Part shown: positions 39,996-48,888 of the stretch, one piece after another | How the letters are laid out: each line of letters starts with the position of its first letter | How positions within the stretch are numbered: the first letter of the stretch is position 1 | DNA from: Propionibacteriaceae bacterium | GTDB taxonomy: Bacteria; Actinomycetota; Actinomycetes; Propionibacteriales; Propionibacteriaceae | Direction: 5' to 3' | DNA: 64,000 bases | Assembly (NCBI GenBank): GCA_017882685.1 | Contig: JADGPA010000109.1 | Coordinates: 7,865 to 71,864, forward strand | The notes under the pieces: generated by a model | What the model was told of the DNA's origin: nothing | What the model saw: only the letters and a program-made list of their open reading frames with translations | Databases searched by the model: none | Program-made: the position numbers and the translations under genes

Positions 39996-42900
39996 TCACT
40001 CGGTGACGGGCGCCGGCTTGGCGGCGGCCCTGCGTGCCGCGTCCCGTTCGACCTTTCTTGCTGATCGCTTCTCCTGCCAGGTCTCGAGGAGGTCGTAGAG
40101 CACCGGCACGAGGATCAGGGTCAGGAGGGTCGAGGAGATCAGGCCGCCGATGACGATGACCGCCAGCGGCTTGGAGATGAACCCACCGCCACCGGTGAGG
40201 CCAAGCCCCATCGGAATCAGCGCGAACACGGTTGCCAAAGCCGTCATCACGATCGGCCGGACCCGCAGCCGGGCGCCCTGGCGAATTGACTCCTCCACGC
40301 TGGCACCTGCCTTGCGCTTCTGGTTGATCAGGTCGATCAGCACGATCGCGTTGGTGACAACGATGCCGATCAGCATCAGCAGGCCGATCATGGACGGCAC
40401 GCCCAGCGCGGTGTCCGTGATCAAGGAGAGCGCCAGCGCGCCTGTCGCCGCGAACGGGATCGACACCAGCAGGATCAGCGGCTGGAGCAGGGACCCGAAC
40501 GTGGCAACCATGATCAGGTACACGACGAAGATCGCCACCAGCATGGCGAGGCCGAGCTGTGAGAACGAGTCGGACTGCTGCTGGGAGACGCCGCCGATCC
40601 GGACGGTGACCCCGTCGGGCAGATTGAGCGCGGCAATGCCGGCAGTGATCTGCGCGGTGGTAGCGCCAAGGTTGGAGGATTCCGAACTGGCAGAGAGCGT
40701 TGCCGCCCTTGTTCCCTCGACCCGGGTGACGCTGGCCGGAGCCGCAACGACCTTGACGTCCGCGACGGCCTTCAGCTTGATCGGGTCTGCGGTGGCCTTG
40801 CCCGCGTCCTTGCCCGCCTGGGCGATCGACTCCTGCTTGGCCTGGGCATCGAGGGACTTGGTGCGGCCCTCCCGCGCAGCAGTCAGCTGCTTGTCTGCCG
40901 CGGTCACGCCGGCCTTGGTCTGCGCGAGGGCCCCGCTGAGCGCGCCGATCTGCGACGCGACGGCCGAGATCTGCTGGGAGAGCTTGAAGATGCCGCCCGG
41001 CACTGGGAAACAGTCCTGGTCGGCGGGGTTGGCAAGGCACTTGGCGGGAATGGCGGCGAGCTGCTTCTGGTAGCCCGCGAGTTGTTTCTTGGCCTTGTTG
41101 ATCTGGCTCGTCAGGGTCTTCACGGCCTTCTTCGCGCTCGCCTTGCTCTTCTTGAGCGCCTTCACCTGATCGGCGTAGGCGGTGGCGGCAGACTTCTTGC
41201 TGTCGGCCTGCAACTTGTCCGAGCGCTTGGTCACCGCGTCGGAGGCGTCGGACTTGGCGTTGCCGTTCATCACCTGGGTCACCGGCAGCTTGACCTCCCG
41301 CAGTTCCGCGAGGCTCTTCACCGGAGCCTGGGAGCGCAGGTAGACATTCAGGGTGGTGTCGCCCTGGGCCAGCGTGCCGATCTGCTGGCCGCGGACCGCG
41401 CGGGCAACGGCCTGGCCGATCGATACCTGGGTCATGCCGTTGTCGGCTGCCTTCTGCTCGTTCACGTCCACGGCCAGCTGCTCACGTGCGTCGCTGAGGT
41501 CGCTGGTCACGTTGGTCAGGCCGGGAACGGTCTTCATCATCGCCAGCACCTTGTCGCTGGCCGACTTGAGCTGCCCTCCGTCGGAGCTCTCCACGTAGAG
41601 GACAACACCGGTGCCGGTGCTGCCGCTGCCTACGGAGACCTCGACCGTGCCGACCCCCTCGCCGAGGCCGGCGATGGCCTTGCGGAGCCGGACGGCGGTG
41701 TCGGTGGGCTGGGCCCCCGACTTCAGCGGGACCGTGTAGAGGGCCTGGTTCGTGTCGGCCTGGCTGCCCATGAACACCGAGGTGGAGCCGCCGATGCTGG
41801 TGGTGTACGACTTCACCCACTCGTCGGCCTTCAGGACCGCTTCGATCTGCTTGGCCGCTGCGTCGGTCTGCGCCAGGCCCGTGCCCGAGGGCAGCTTCTG
41901 GGTGATGGAGAGGGTCTCGTTGCCCATCTGGCCGATGAAGTCGGTCTTCAGCTGCGGCGCGAGGGCCAGCGTCCCGGCGAACAGGCCGAGCGCGATCAGC
42001 AGCGTGATCCAGCGGTGCGCCAGCGTCCAGCCCAGCACGGGCAGGTAGGCCTTCTGCACCAGGGTGTCCTTCTCCGGCCTACCCTGCGCGGCGGAGATCG
42101 CGACCTGCTGCTTGGCCGTCGGCTTCATGAACCAGGACGCGAACATCGGCACGACGGTGAGCGCGACGAACAGCGAAGCCAGCAACGCGACGGTGACAGC
42201 GACGGCGAACGGGCGGAAGATGGCTCCGGCCTGGCCACCGACCAGCCCGATCGGCAGGAACACCGCAACGGTGGTGAGGGTCGAGCTTGTGACAGCGCCG
42301 GCCACCTCACGGACGGCGTTGGTGATCGACTTGCGGCCGAACTCGCCGTAGCCCTGGTGCCGCTTGATGTTCTCGATCACGACGATCGAGTCGTCGACCA
42401 CGCGCCCGATGGCCACCGTCAGCGCGCCCAGGGTGAGGATGTTGAGGGTGTAGCCGCCGACCCACAGACCGATCAGCGCGATCAGCAGGGACAGCGGGAT
42501 GGAGATGGCGGTGATCAGGGTGGGCCGGATCGAGCCGAGGAACAGGAGGATCACCAGGATGGCCATCCCGAGGCCGATGCCACCTTCCACGCTGAGGTCG
42601 CGGATCGAGTCCTCGATGTAGGGGGCCTGGTCGAACACGGTGGCGAACTCCGCCCCGTTACCGAGCTGCTGCGTCAGCCCGGCGAGCTGGGCCTCGATGG
42701 CGTGGGAGACGGTGACGGTATTCGCCTCGGGGTTCTTTGTGACGGTGATGGCGAGCGCGGTCTGGCCGTTCACGCGGGAGATGCTGGTCGTCTCGACCGG
42801 CTGCTCCTTGACTCTTGCCACGTCGCTGAGCATCACCGGGCCGTCGGTGCCCTGCAGCATCAGCTTCGAGATGTCCTCTGCCGTTGCGTAGGTGGTGCCG

Positions 42901-43586
42901 GTCTGGACGTCGTAGTTGGCGGTGTCGGTGCGCATGGTCCCGGACGGGATGGCAGTCGAGTTGGCAGCGAACAGCGCTCCGATCAGCGTCGGGTCGACCC
43001 CGGCGTCGCTGATCTCGTTCTGCTTGTAGGTGATGACGATCTCGTGCTTCTGCTGACCCGAGACTGCGGCGTCCCGCACGCCCGGCGTCGCCTTGAGCGT
43101 CGGCGCAACCACCTCGGTGACCTTGCTGGACAGGTCGGTGAGGTTGTCGTTGGAGTACAGGGCAAGGACGACCACCGGAATGTCGTCGGTTCCACCGGTG
43201 ATGACGTTGGGGTCGACAGTGCTCGGCAGCGTGGAGGAGATCGAGGCGATCGCGCTGCGGATCTTGTTCGCCATGTCATCCGCGGCCAGTCCGTAGTCCC
43301 ACTGCGCGGTGACCTGGGAGACGCCGCTGGAGCTCTTGGACGTGACCGACGTCACGCCGGCAACGCCCTTGACGGCGGTCTCGATGGGCTTGGAGACCTG
43401 GGCCTCGACGACGTCGGGTGCGGCTCCGGGGTACACCGTGAGGACGCTGCCCCGCGGCAGGTCGATCGAGGGGATGAGCTCCTGCTTCAGGGCGCCGGCA
43501 GCGTAGACGCCGAGCGCGATGGTGAGCAGGCTCAGCAGCAGCACCACCGTACGGTGCGCGAGGCTGATCTTGGTCAGACGAAGCAC
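39996..43586 (-). CDS. RND-family (AcrB-like) efflux permease with a large coiled-coil insertion
   Basis: ELIPSID, GRVVDDSIVVIENI, GIVVTNAIVLID, RVRPIVMT. Confidence 0.92.
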   Translation of the reverse strand: MLRLTKISLAHRTVVLLLSLLTIALGVYAAGALKQELIPSIDLPRGSVLTVYPGAAPDVVEAQVSKPIETAVKGVAGVTSVTSKSSSGVSQVTAQWDYGLAADDMANKIRSAIASISSTLPSTVDPNVITGGTDDIPVVVLALYSNDNLTDLSSKVTEVVAPTLKATPGVRDAAVSGQQKHEIVITYKQNEISDAGVDPTLIGALFAANSTAIPSGTMRTDTANYDVQTGTTYATAEDISKLMLQGTDGPVMLSDVARVKEQPVETTSISRVNGQTALAITVTKNPEANTVTVSHAIEAQLAGLTQQLGNGAEFATVFDQAPYIEDSIRDLSVEGGIGLGMAILVILLFLGSIRPTLITAISIPLSLLIALIGLWVGGYTLNILTLGALTVAIGRVVDDSIVVIENIKRHQGYGEFGRKSITNAVREVAGAVTSSTLTTVAVFLPIGLVGGQAGAIFRPFAVAVTVALLASLFVALTVVPMFASWFMKPTAKQQVAISAAQGRPEKDTLVQKAYLPVLGWTLAHRWITLLIALGLFAGTLALAPQLKTDFIGQMGNETLSITQKLPSGTGLAQTDAAAKQIEAVLKADEWVKSYTTSIGGSTSVFMGSQADTNQALYTVPLKSGAQPTDTAVRLRKAIAGLGEGVGTVEVSVGSGSTGTGVVLYVESSDGGQLKSASDKVLAMMKTVPGLTNVTSDLSDAREQLAVDVNEQKAADNGMTQVSIGQAVARAVRGQQIGTLAQGDTTLNVYLRSQAPVKSLAELREVKLPVTQVMNGNAKSDASDAVTKRSDKLQADSKKSAATAYADQVKALKKSKASAKKAVKTLTSQINKAKKQLAGYQKQLAAIPAKCLANPADQDCFPVPGGIFKLSQQISAVASQIGALSGALAQTKAGVTAADKQLTAAREGRTKSLDAQAKQESIAQAGKDAGKATADPIKLKAVADVKVVAAPASVTRVEGTRAATLSASSESSNLGATTAQITAGIAALNLPDGVTVRIGGVSQQQSDSFSQLGLAMLVAIFVVYLIMVATFGSLLQPLILLVSIPFAATGALALSLITDTALGVPSMIGLLMLIGIVVTNAIVLIDLINQKRKAGASVEESIRQGARLRVRPIVMTALATVFALIPMGLGLTGGGGFISKPLAVIVIGGLISSTLLTLILVPVLYDLLETWQEKRSARKVERDAARRAAAKPAPVTE

Positions 43587-43639
43587 GACAATCCCCTTAG
43601 TAGCGGTTCCCAACGAAGTGCGTGGCGCCAATCACATCG

Positions 43640-43656
43640 GTTAGCATAGCTCTAAC
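43640..43656. promoter_or_regulatory. Candidate MarR operator between the divergent RND and marR genes
   Basis: AT-rich inverted repeat GTTAG-N7-CTAAC. Confidence 0.4.
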
Positions 43657-43691
43657 TATTTCGCCAAACGGAAGCGATCCTGGTGCATCCC

Positions 43692-44168
43692 ATGCCGTAC
43701 CTCGCGCTCGACGACGAGCGCGCTGCGGTGGTGCATCAGCTCTTCGAATTGAACTCCAGGGTGCACGACCGCGCGGTGGGGCTGGTCGGGCCGATGCCGC
43801 TGCCGCCCGACCTCACCATGCAGCAGGTCAGGGTGCTCGACCACATCGCCAAGGACCCGGGCATCGCCGGTCACGAACTCGGCGAGCGCCTCGGTGTGAG
43901 CGCGCCAACGGCCAGCGGGCTGATCGACCGCCTGGTGGAGAAGGGCCTGATCATCCGGGTGGACGACCGCGACGACCGCCGCGTCCGTCGGTTGCACCCG
44001 ACCGAACTCGGCCTCGATGTCATCCGGCAGATGGATTCGATGTTCGGGAGGGCGCTCGGCGTGGTGATCCAGTTGCTGTCGATGGAGGACCTCGAGCTCC
44101 TGCTCCGCGGCTCCAGGGCCATGCTGGATGCCCTTGAGCGCGCCCACGCCGAGCAGGCCGAGGCCTGA
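43692..44168 (+). CDS. MarR-family regulator
   Basis: LTMQQVRVL, LGVSAPTASGLIDRLVEKGL, DRRVRRL; alternative start 43683. Confidence 0.9.
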   Translation: MPYLALDDERAAVVHQLFELNSRVHDRAVGLVGPMPLPPDLTMQQVRVLDHIAKDPGIAGHELGERLGVSAPTASGLIDRLVEKGLIIRVDDRDDRRVRRLHPTELGLDVIRQMDSMFGRALGVVIQLLSMEDLELLLRGSRAMLDALERAHAEQAEA

Positions 44169-44293
44169 CTTCGTCCGTCTGATCCCGGCTGTCACGCGAC
44201 ACGCCGACGACACGCCGGAGGCCCGAAGATTGGTCGAATTGGTCCCGGCGAACCCCTTGCGGGCCGGTTCCGGACAGGACTAGAAATCTCTCT

Positions 44294-44474
44294 ACCGGGC
44301 CACTTCGGTGGACCGGTGATCGGAAGCAGGAAGTCAGTTTGCTGGCGGGTTTACCCGCTGGGACACCCGGTGATGCGGGGGTTGGCTGGCTGGTGGTTTT
44401 CGGTGCGATGTGGTCATCACGCCGCGTCAACCAGAAGGCCCCGGAGACTCATACTCGCCGGGGCCTTCGCCTTT
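44294..44474 (+). ncRNA. Putative ~180-nt structured RNA, copy 1 (family not identified)
   Basis: 5' hairpin with C(UUCG)G loop, second hairpin with G-U pairs, GUGAUG/CAUCAC stem, terminal 11-bp stem; promoter-like sequence upstream. Confidence 0.55.
44434..44474 (+). terminator. GC-rich terminator hairpin, likely also terminating the convergent osmC
   Basis: GAAGGCCCCGG-N13-CCGGGGCCTTC followed by GCCTTT; the osmC stop abuts at 44474. Confidence 0.7.
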
Positions 44475-44911
44475 CACTCCACGGCTTCGCCGTCGATGAG
44501 ATAGATGACCGGCGTCGGCAGCTGGACCGTCCGGGAGACCGTGCACAACCGGTCCCGCGACTGCGCGAGCGCACGACCGAGGATGTCCCTGGCGCGGTCG
44601 CCGTCCGCGCCGGGAGGGAACGTCACCCGGAAGTCCAGCTCGATCTCGCCCAGGTGGTTGCCGAGCTCGTCGCGCAGCTTTGGGGCGCTGACCGCCACCT
44701 CGAACGATTCGGGTACGGCCCGGCGGCTGGTGATGTGGTCCACGTCCATGGCGCTGCAGGCGGCCGCCGCGGCGAGGAGCGCCTCGATCGGGGTGAAGTC
44801 GCTGGAATCACCCTCTCCGAGGACGAGGCGGGCGCCGCGGCTGTTCACGGCCTCGAAGGTGTACGGCCCGGTGCGGGCCAGGCTCACGGAGCGCAGGTTG
44901 GATTCGGTCAC
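44474..44911 (-). CDS. OsmC/Ohr-family protein
   Basis: FTPIEALLAAAAACSAMDV and RLCTVSRT (two conserved Cys); leaderless GTG after AATACT. Confidence 0.88.
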   Translation of the reverse strand: MTESNLRSVSLARTGPYTFEAVNSRGARLVLGEGDSSDFTPIEALLAAAAACSAMDVDHITSRRAVPESFEVAVSAPKLRDELGNHLGEIELDFRVTFPPGADGDRARDILGRALAQSRDRLCTVSRTVQLPTPVIYLIDGEAVE

Positions 44912-44948
44912 CCGGCCAGTATTGCCGGGCCCCTGCTCGATCCCGGAC

Positions 44949-45130
44949 AAAGGCGAAGGCCCCGGCGAGTATGAGTCTCCGGGGCCTTCTGGTTGACGCG
45001 GCGTGATGACCACATCGCACCGAAAACCACCAGCCAGCCAACCCCCGCATCACCGGGTGTCCCAGCGGGTAAAACCCGCCAGCAAACTGACTTCCTGCTT
45101 CCGATCACCGGTCCACCGAAGTGGCCCGGT
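44949..45130 (-). ncRNA. Putative ~180-nt structured RNA, copy 2
   Basis: Identical to copy 1 except one extra U in a hairpin loop. Confidence 0.55.
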
Positions 45131-45254
45131 AGAGAGATTTCTAGTCCTGTCCGGAACCGGCCCGCAAGGGGTTCGCCGGGACCAATTCGACCAATCTGCG
45201 GGCCTCCGGCGTGTTGTCGGCGTGTCGCGTGACAGCCGGGATCAGACGGACGAA
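44949..45254 (-). repeat. Right arm of the 305/306-bp inverted repeat
   Basis: Reverse complement of 44170-44474. Confidence 0.97.
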
Positions 45255-45260
45255 CAGCCT

Positions 45261-46265
45261 TCAGCTGACCAGCCACTGGGTGGTGGTGACGTACTCCTCG
45301 CCGGGGCGAAGCACGGTGCTGGGGAAGTGGTCGTGGTTCGGGGCGTCGGGGAAACCCTGCGGCTCCAGCGCCACCCCGGCTCGTCGCACGTACGGGACGC
45401 CGGACGTGCCTGGGACGGTTCCGTCGAAGTGCTCACCGGTGTACACCTGCAGCGCAGGTGCGTCGCTGCGCAGCACCAGGCTCAGCCCGCTCGCGCCGGT
45501 GAAGCGGCAGTGCTTGCGCAGCCCCGTCCCCTCGATCACGAAGTTGTGGTCGTAGCCGCCGTTGCGGGTGATGCCTTCGGCCAGCGCGCGCTCGCGGGCC
45601 GGACCCAGCACCCGACCGAGCCGGAAGTCGGCCGCGGAGTCGGTGACGTCGCGGATCTCGCCGGTGGGGATGCCGTCGTCGTGGTTGGGCGTGTAGGCCG
45701 CGGCCGGAATCCGGAGCTGGTGGAAGTCGGTGTCGCCGGAGTCCTCGCCGTCGAGGTTGAAGTACGGGTGCGTGGTGAGGTTGACCACCGTCGGGGCGTC
45801 GGTGGTGGCGCGGTAGGTCACCTGGGCGCCGCCCGCCACCAGCTCGAACAATGCCGAGACCCTCACCTTGCCGGGGAAGCCCTGGTCGCCGTTCGGGCTG
45901 TCCAAGGTGAACTCCACCCAGTCGTCGCCGACACCCTCGACGTCCCACACCCGGGTGGAGAAGCCGCGGGAGCCGCCGTGCAGCTGGTTCGCACCCTCGT
46001 TGGCGTCAAGGATGTACCTGGTGCCGTCCAGGGTGAAGCGCGCACCGCCGATGCGGTTGGCGAAGCGTCCGACACTGGCCCCGAGGTAGCCGAGCCCGGT
46101 CTCGTAGTCGGCTGCGGTCGGGTGGCCGAGCAGGATGTTGCGCCAGTTCCCGTCGGGCAGGAGCACATCGAAGCGGCGCAGCGTCGCGCCGAGGGGCAGG
46201 AGTTCGAGCCGGACGGTGTCGCCGGCGAGCTGGATGGTGGCTTCGTCAATGGTCACGGTGGCCAC
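45261..46265 (-). CDS. galM: Aldose 1-epimerase (galactose mutarotase)
   Basis: GRFANRI, LHGG, DQGFPG, NLTTHPYFNL, YDHNF, QVYTG, ALEPQ. Confidence 0.92.
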   Translation of the reverse strand: MATVTIDEATIQLAGDTVRLELLPLGATLRRFDVLLPDGNWRNILLGHPTAADYETGLGYLGASVGRFANRIGGARFTLDGTRYILDANEGANQLHGGSRGFSTRVWDVEGVGDDWVEFTLDSPNGDQGFPGKVRVSALFELVAGGAQVTYRATTDAPTVVNLTTHPYFNLDGEDSGDTDFHQLRIPAAAYTPNHDDGIPTGEIRDVTDSAADFRLGRVLGPARERALAEGITRNGGYDHNFVIEGTGLRKHCRFTGASGLSLVLRSDAPALQVYTGEHFDGTVPGTSGVPYVRRAGVALEPQGFPDAPNHDHFPSTVLRPGEEYVTTTQWLVS

Positions 46266-46303
46266 GCTATCGACTCAGCCCTTCCGAGGGGGACCAGCCG
46301 AGG

Positions 46304-47587
46304 TCACATCTCGTCCGTGGGTTCGTAGGCAGGGGCGTCGGGAGTGCCGGACGGCTCGGCATGGGTCATCTGCAGATGGCGGCGCCACAGGAACCAGGCA
46401 ACGGTCGTCAACGCGAGAGCCGTGACAGCCAGGCTCGGCTGCGAGAACGCGACCGCCGGAGCGAGCACGCCGGCGATCAGTGCGTTGGCCACCAGGGCGA
46501 CGAACGACTGGACGGAGGACGCCGAGCCGCGTGCGTGGGGGAAGAGGTCGAGCATCGCCAGGGTGAGGATCGGGAAGGCGATGGCGATCCCGAAGGAGTA
46601 CATCGGCAGCGGGAGGACAGCCCACGGCAGCTCCCGTGTCGGGGCGAAGAGCGAGAACACCAGGTTCACCAGCCCCCCGACGAGGCTGATCACGTAGCCG
46701 AGGGACGCCAGCTTGCGTCCGCTCATCCGTCCGGCGAGCCGGCCGCTCACCCAGGAACCGCTCACGAGGCCGGAGATCAAGGGCACGAAGAGGATCCAGA
46801 AGTCCTGCTCGCCCTTACCCAGCAGCTTCAGTACGAACAGCGGCGCAGAGGAGATGTAGAGGAACATGCCGGCGAAGTTGAACATGCCGGTGAACGCCAG
46901 CCGGCGCCCGTCGGCATCGCGCCACACCTCGAGCAGTCCGGACACCAGCGTGCGGGCGTCGAAGTTCGAGCGCCGCTCCGGCGGATGGGTCTCTGCGAGC
47001 GCGAAGATCACCAGGGCGAGGATGACCACGCCGAAGCCGACAAGGAACCAGAAGATGCCGCGCCAGCTGCCGATGCCCAACAGCCAGCCGCCGACGATCG
47101 GTGCCAGCGCCGGCGCCAGCCCGAAGATCATGGCGATGTGGCTCATGGTGCGCTGGGCCTGGTCGTTGGAGAAGACGTCGCGCACCATGGCGCGGCTGAT
47201 GATCTGGCCGGCACCGGCACTCAGCCCCTGGATCGCCCGGAAGAACAGCAGCACGGGCAGGCTGGGCGACACCGCGCAGCCGACGGAGGCTGCGATGAAC
47301 AGGATCGTGCCCCCGATGATCACCGGCTTGCGCCCCAGCGCGTCCGAGAGAGGCCCGTGCAGGAGGCTCATCACGGCGAAGGAGAGCAGGTACACGCTGA
47401 TCAACTGCTGCAGGGCGAGTTCGGAGGAGCCAAACTCCGCCTGCATCTGTGCGAACGCGGGGAAGATCGTGTCGATCGAGAACGGGCCCACCATGCCCAG
47501 CCCCGCCATGATCACGAGGAACAGCCACTGCGGGCCCACCGAACGATCCGGCGGGGTGCTGATCGCAGGAGGTGGGAGCGCTGTCAT
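46304..47587 (-). CDS. Bcr/CflA-family multidrug MFS transporter
   Basis: PFSIDTIFPAF, GPLSDALGRKP, RAMVRD, APALAPIVGG. Confidence 0.9.
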   Translation of the reverse strand: MTALPPPAISTPPDRSVGPQWLFLVIMAGLGMVGPFSIDTIFPAFAQMQAEFGSSELALQQLISVYLLSFAVMSLLHGPLSDALGRKPVIIGGTILFIAASVGCAVSPSLPVLLFFRAIQGLSAGAGQIISRAMVRDVFSNDQAQRTMSHIAMIFGLAPALAPIVGGWLLGIGSWRGIFWFLVGFGVVILALVIFALAETHPPERRSNFDARTLVSGLLEVWRDADGRRLAFTGMFNFAGMFLYISSAPLFVLKLLGKGEQDFWILFVPLISGLVSGSWVSGRLAGRMSGRKLASLGYVISLVGGLVNLVFSLFAPTRELPWAVLPLPMYSFGIAIAFPILTLAMLDLFPHARGSASSVQSFVALVANALIAGVLAPAVAFSQPSLAVTALALTTVAWFLWRRHLQMTHAEPSGTPDAPAYEPTDEM

Positions 47588-47667
47588 TGGGGCATTCTCC
47601 CACGTCGGTACGGCCGTTCCCGGACCGATCCCGCCACCGGAAGCGGGGCGGCAACTATGCTCACCGC

Positions 47668-48888
47668 GTGTCGCGCGCCCTCAACATCACCTTCGTCTCC
47701 ATGCACACCTCTCCGGCCACCATGCCCGGGACGGGGGACGCGGGCGGCATGAACGTTGTCGAACGCGCCCAGTCCGAAGCCCTCGCGGCGCTCGGCCACC
47801 GGGTGGAGCTGGTGACCCGGCGCTCGCATCCCGACGATCCCGACCAGGTGGAGCTCTACCCCGGCGTCCTGCTGCGGCACCTGGACGCCGGTCCGCCGAC
47901 GCCCCTCGCAAAGAGCCTGATCGATAACCACATCGAGCAGTTCAGCGCCGGTCTGGCGACCCTCGCGCCCACCGACCTCATCCACTCCCACCACTGGATG
48001 TCGGGGGTGGCGGCGCTGCCGGTCGCGGCGAAGTGGGGCGTCCCGCACGTGCAGAGCTACCACTCGGTGGCAGCACCCGTGGGCTCGCCATTGTCGGCGG
48101 GCGAGCCGCCGGAGTCCCCGCGGCGGGTGCCGGGCGAGGCCGCTGTCGCGAAGGGCTCGCAGGCCGTCGTGGCCATCTCCGCCGCGGAGGCCCAGACCGT
48201 CATCGACCGGTGCGGCGCAGACTCCGACCGGGTGTCGATCGTCTCCCCCGGGGTGAACCAGAAGCAGTTCCGTCCGCTGGCGCAGGGAGAGGACCGCTGG
48301 AGCTGGCCGGGCACGAGCCCGGAGGCCTGGCCCCACGGCTACGTGCTTGTTGCCGCACGACTCGAGCCGCTGAAGGGCCCAGACCTGGCCATCCAGGCGC
48401 TGGCCCAGGTGGATCCGGAGATCCGTCCGCACCTGGTCGTGGCGGGGGATGCGTCCGACGCCTTCCGCAGCTACGAGCACTCGCTGCATGTCTTGGTCAC
48501 AGAGCTGGGCCTCGCCAGCACCGTCACCTTCCTCGGCGCGCAGCCGCGTCCCGACCTGGCCCGCCTGTTGCGCGGGGCGCGCGTCGTGCTCGTCCCTTCG
48601 CACTCGGAGACGTTCGGCCTTGTCGCCCTCGAAGCTGCCGCCAGCGGGACGCCGGTGATCGCTGCGGCCGCCGGTGGCCTGCGCGAGGCTGTCGCCCACG
48701 GCGTGACCGGGCAGCTGATGGATTCCCGTCGCCCCGAGGATTGGGCGCTGGCGCTCACCCGGCTGCTGATGGTGCCCGGCCTGCTGGGCCGGATGAGCCT
48801 CGTCTCCCGGGTACACGCCCGCCGGTTCGACTGGGGCTTCGCCGCCCATCGGCTGGCCACGGTCTACGAAGGGTTGCTGGGCGCATGA
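47668..48888 (+). CDS. mshA: GT4 glycosyltransferase, D-inositol-3-phosphate glycosyltransferase (MshA)-like
   Basis: SMHTSP...PGTGDAGGMNV, IHSHHWMSG, RLEPLKGPD, PSHSETFGLVALEA; leaderless after TATGCT. Confidence 0.75.
   Translation: MSRALNITFVSMHTSPATMPGTGDAGGMNVVERAQSEALAALGHRVELVTRRSHPDDPDQVELYPGVLLRHLDAGPPTPLAKSLIDNHIEQFSAGLATLAPTDLIHSHHWMSGVAALPVAAKWGVPHVQSYHSVAAPVGSPLSAGEPPESPRRVPGEAAVAKGSQAVVAISAAEAQTVIDRCGADSDRVSIVSPGVNQKQFRPLAQGEDRWSWPGTSPEAWPHGYVLVAARLEPLKGPDLAIQALAQVDPEIRPHLVVAGDASDAFRSYEHSLHVLVTELGLASTVTFLGAQPRPDLARLLRGARVVLVPSHSETFGLVALEAAASGTPVIAAAAGGLREAVAHGVTGQLMDSRRPEDWALALTRLLMVPGLLGRMSLVSRVHARRFDWGFAAHRLATVYEGLLGA

Larger units (their letters stand above)
44170..44474 (+). 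repeat. Left arm of a 305/306-bp inverted repeat
   Basis: Reverse complement of 44949-45254 with two substitutions (44209, 44226) and one 1-nt indel (about 44350). Confidence 0.97.

Noticed and set aside
44170-45254. Composite transposon or IS ends around osmC
   Set aside because: The arms encode no transposase, lack their own terminal inverted repeats, and the flanks show no target-site duplication.
44316-45276. Small ORFs inside the inverted-repeat arms (62-136 aa) and the 179-aa extended osmC
   Set aside because: No RBS or family motifs, and the 1-nt indel between arms shifts these frames. OsmC similarity begins at GTG 44911.
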